From NCBI RefSeq assembly GCF_022539665.2, contig NC_081331.1, positions 7,688,001 to 7,752,000 of the forward strand: a stretch of 64,000 nt of DNA. The letters are read 5' to 3'. Positions 61,938 to 64,000 of the stretch are shown piece after piece (position 1 is the stretch's first letter; each line of letters begins with the position of its first letter). Both the position numbers and the translations under genes were made by a program. Source of the stretch: Daphnia carinata. Taxonomy: Eukaryota. The notes beneath the pieces were generated by a model, which did no database searches, had not been told where the DNA came from, and was given only the letters and a program-made list of their open reading frames with translations.

Positions 61938-62240
61938 CATTACATCTGAAACTTTTTACTCATAATTATCATTCCTTCACTTATTATCATATTATCTATG
62001 ATGCTTATTACAACTCTAACATTTTTTCTTATGAAATATTGATACATTTTGGCTGTAAAATATTATTTTACTGGCGTTGATATTTACTTATTCATCTAAC
62101 ATATTCTTTCTGAAAATTATTTTATTCGTATGAGTCATTAATGAACATTTTTACTTATGAAACGTTGTTCTTATTTTAATATTCAGCACCAAGCACAAGT
62201 TGTTATCGTATCACCGTAAGAATTCATTGAACACAAATCC

Positions 62241-63500
62241 TTAAATTTTTTTGAATGGGCGCCCGGCAAAAGCAGCAAAAAGGGCCGACACGGTTGCGCA
62301 TGTTGCACAGAGGGTGTGTCCACACGAAATAAAAGCAGTATCTATGGTGTTGATTAGGCACACACCACAAAGATTATGTGCAGCAGTGTAAGCAGCAGTG
62401 TCTGCGGGAGCATCAGCGTCAGCAAAAGCAGCATCGTCACCGGAAGCAGCAGCGTCAGCGAGAGCAGCGTCAGCGGGATCAACCACCTCTACGGGGACAG
62501 CAAATTCTATCGGAGCAGCAGGTACCATGATGATGTTTTGAGATTCCCCGTGGCGTCGTCTTTGACGTATAGGAAACGCTGGAGCGTCCTCACCAGGCCT
62601 AAGATGGCGTGGCATTTGGTGATTTCGGATATGTCTTGGCAAAAATGCAGATTGGTTATGCACGATGACAACTGGATCGTGAACGATAACTTGAAACCCA
62701 TCGAAGATTCTTTCTTGTGACAACAAAGCTAGAGCGATCAGCATCTTAACTAGTCGATGGATAATCCCCCTAGCAACATAAGCAACAGCAAGTCCTTCTT
62801 GGCAGGCTCTTCGGTAGATGGCTTGAGCGAGAGAGACAGAAAAATTATTTCACAATTAATATTCAATCATAAAGTATGCAACATTAGGCACCATTATTCC
62901 GTCATGCAATTTAATAATGACTGTGCTACTTAGACAAGAATAGTAGAACCAACATCCATGACTTTTTCCTGTTGGAAGTGCACTTTCCATGGCTACGAGA
63001 ATAGCCTCTTCGTAGTCGGAAGTCACCACTTTAACTGCAAATCCGCCTGCGGGAAACTCCGTCTCAACCACCTCTAAAACCCTCCGCATTATGCAATTGT
63101 AGAGCTGTACGGTGTTCTCTGTCATCAGAACATACGCAATCGGGAACGACTGTAAGATGGCAAATTTTCAAGTATTCGTAAATTTATATGTAATTGTTGA
63201 ATACAATGTTTACTTTTTCTTTAAACATGATATGGGCCGTAAATAGAAATATCGCTGATAGAACAAGGGAGGCATGGAACATACATACGCTGAAGTCCAT
63301 TACGTTGTTCACTAGCGAGATTGATACACTCGTTCGCGACTGCTATTCTTCTGATTTCGTCCGTTTCGTTTTCGTGGTTGTGCTCGCTTAGGGTAATGAT
63401 AGCTTTTGAAGGGCAGGACAAGCAAGTCTTCTGTGGAATGTAGGCGGCCGATGACTAACAAAATCCGTTAAGCGCCAAGCGGCAGACGGAAACAAGGTGA
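62241..63500 (-). pseudogene. Decayed Mutator transposase (FLYWCH-like, MULE, C-terminal RING)
   Basis: CPSKAI...EHNH; SFPIAYVLMT...LY...VVTSDYEEAI...GCWFYY; RING CGVC...AFISCGHTLCATC. CCGAC tandem motifs at 63840-63965 may be subterminal repeats. Confidence 0.8.
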
Positions 63501-64000
63501 TTCCGTTTACTTGTAAGCGGCAAAGTTCATATCAGAATTTTAGTGACAGAGGTAGCAGCGTCTTGGTCTATAACACTGATTATGTTCAACATAGTTTTGC
63601 TGATCGGGCTCAAATTTTCATGGCACTTAAGACACAAGGATACCGAATCATTTCAGAAGTACGCTGATGTCTCTTTTAGCAAGCGCGGCGGTGATATTCC
63701 GCCGATGCGTTACGGTAAGGTCAGTTACGGTTTAGCCAAACAACAGGGTAATAGAAAAGATTTACCACTTTGTTAGATGAATGCACAATTATAAGACATG
63801 TACTCTTTTGGGCGAGTTACATAAAGGACTCCAGGGTTTCCGACTTTTGGTTGCAGGTTTCCGACACTTGGGCATCTGGAGCCCGACGTTTGAACTACTG
63901 GTCCCCGACGTTTGGGCTCACCAATAAATTGTTGCTGAACCCAATGAGCGCTACATTTTCCGACAAGAGGACTCCCGTGCCATCGACATTAGGACCTTTT

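Noticed and set aside
1..64000. Prokaryotic operon, defence system, rRNA or true CRISPR locus
   Set aside because: Spliceosomal introns and eukaryotic TE motifs occur throughout; no rRNA-like or repeat-spacer pattern was seen.

Overview
Eukaryotic, transposon-dense DNA. Short 50-120 bp introns and the element types suggest an invertebrate such as a cladoceran crustacean, but this is inference only. The one clear host gene is the 3' end of sorting nexin-13 (1-766); the rest is nested mobile DNA. A decayed BEL/Pao retrotransposon (~6990-39764, minus strand) hosts three insertions: a Mag-like Ty3/Gypsy element (9969-17346) that itself contains a hAT transposon (12803-15469); a Gypsy solo LTR split by a 13-kb Helitron-like element (18620-31636); and a Mutator-like element with Ulp1 and PHD domains (34199-37836). 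The Helitron-like element is unusual. It combines a Helentron-type Rep with canonical A|TC...CTAG|T ends, and carries a THAP domain, a separate RPA70-like gene and a captured GPCR fragment. A foldback TIR element (45268-48108) carries a decayed SURF6 copy. An env-bearing Gypsy element (48927-61937) looks like a complex retrovirus: a 303-codon ORF overprinted on the gag leader, a -1 frameshift signal, two paralogous small accessory ORFs, an antisense tRNA-like unit and a class III-like env. All family calls are by eye from motifs; no database searches were run.
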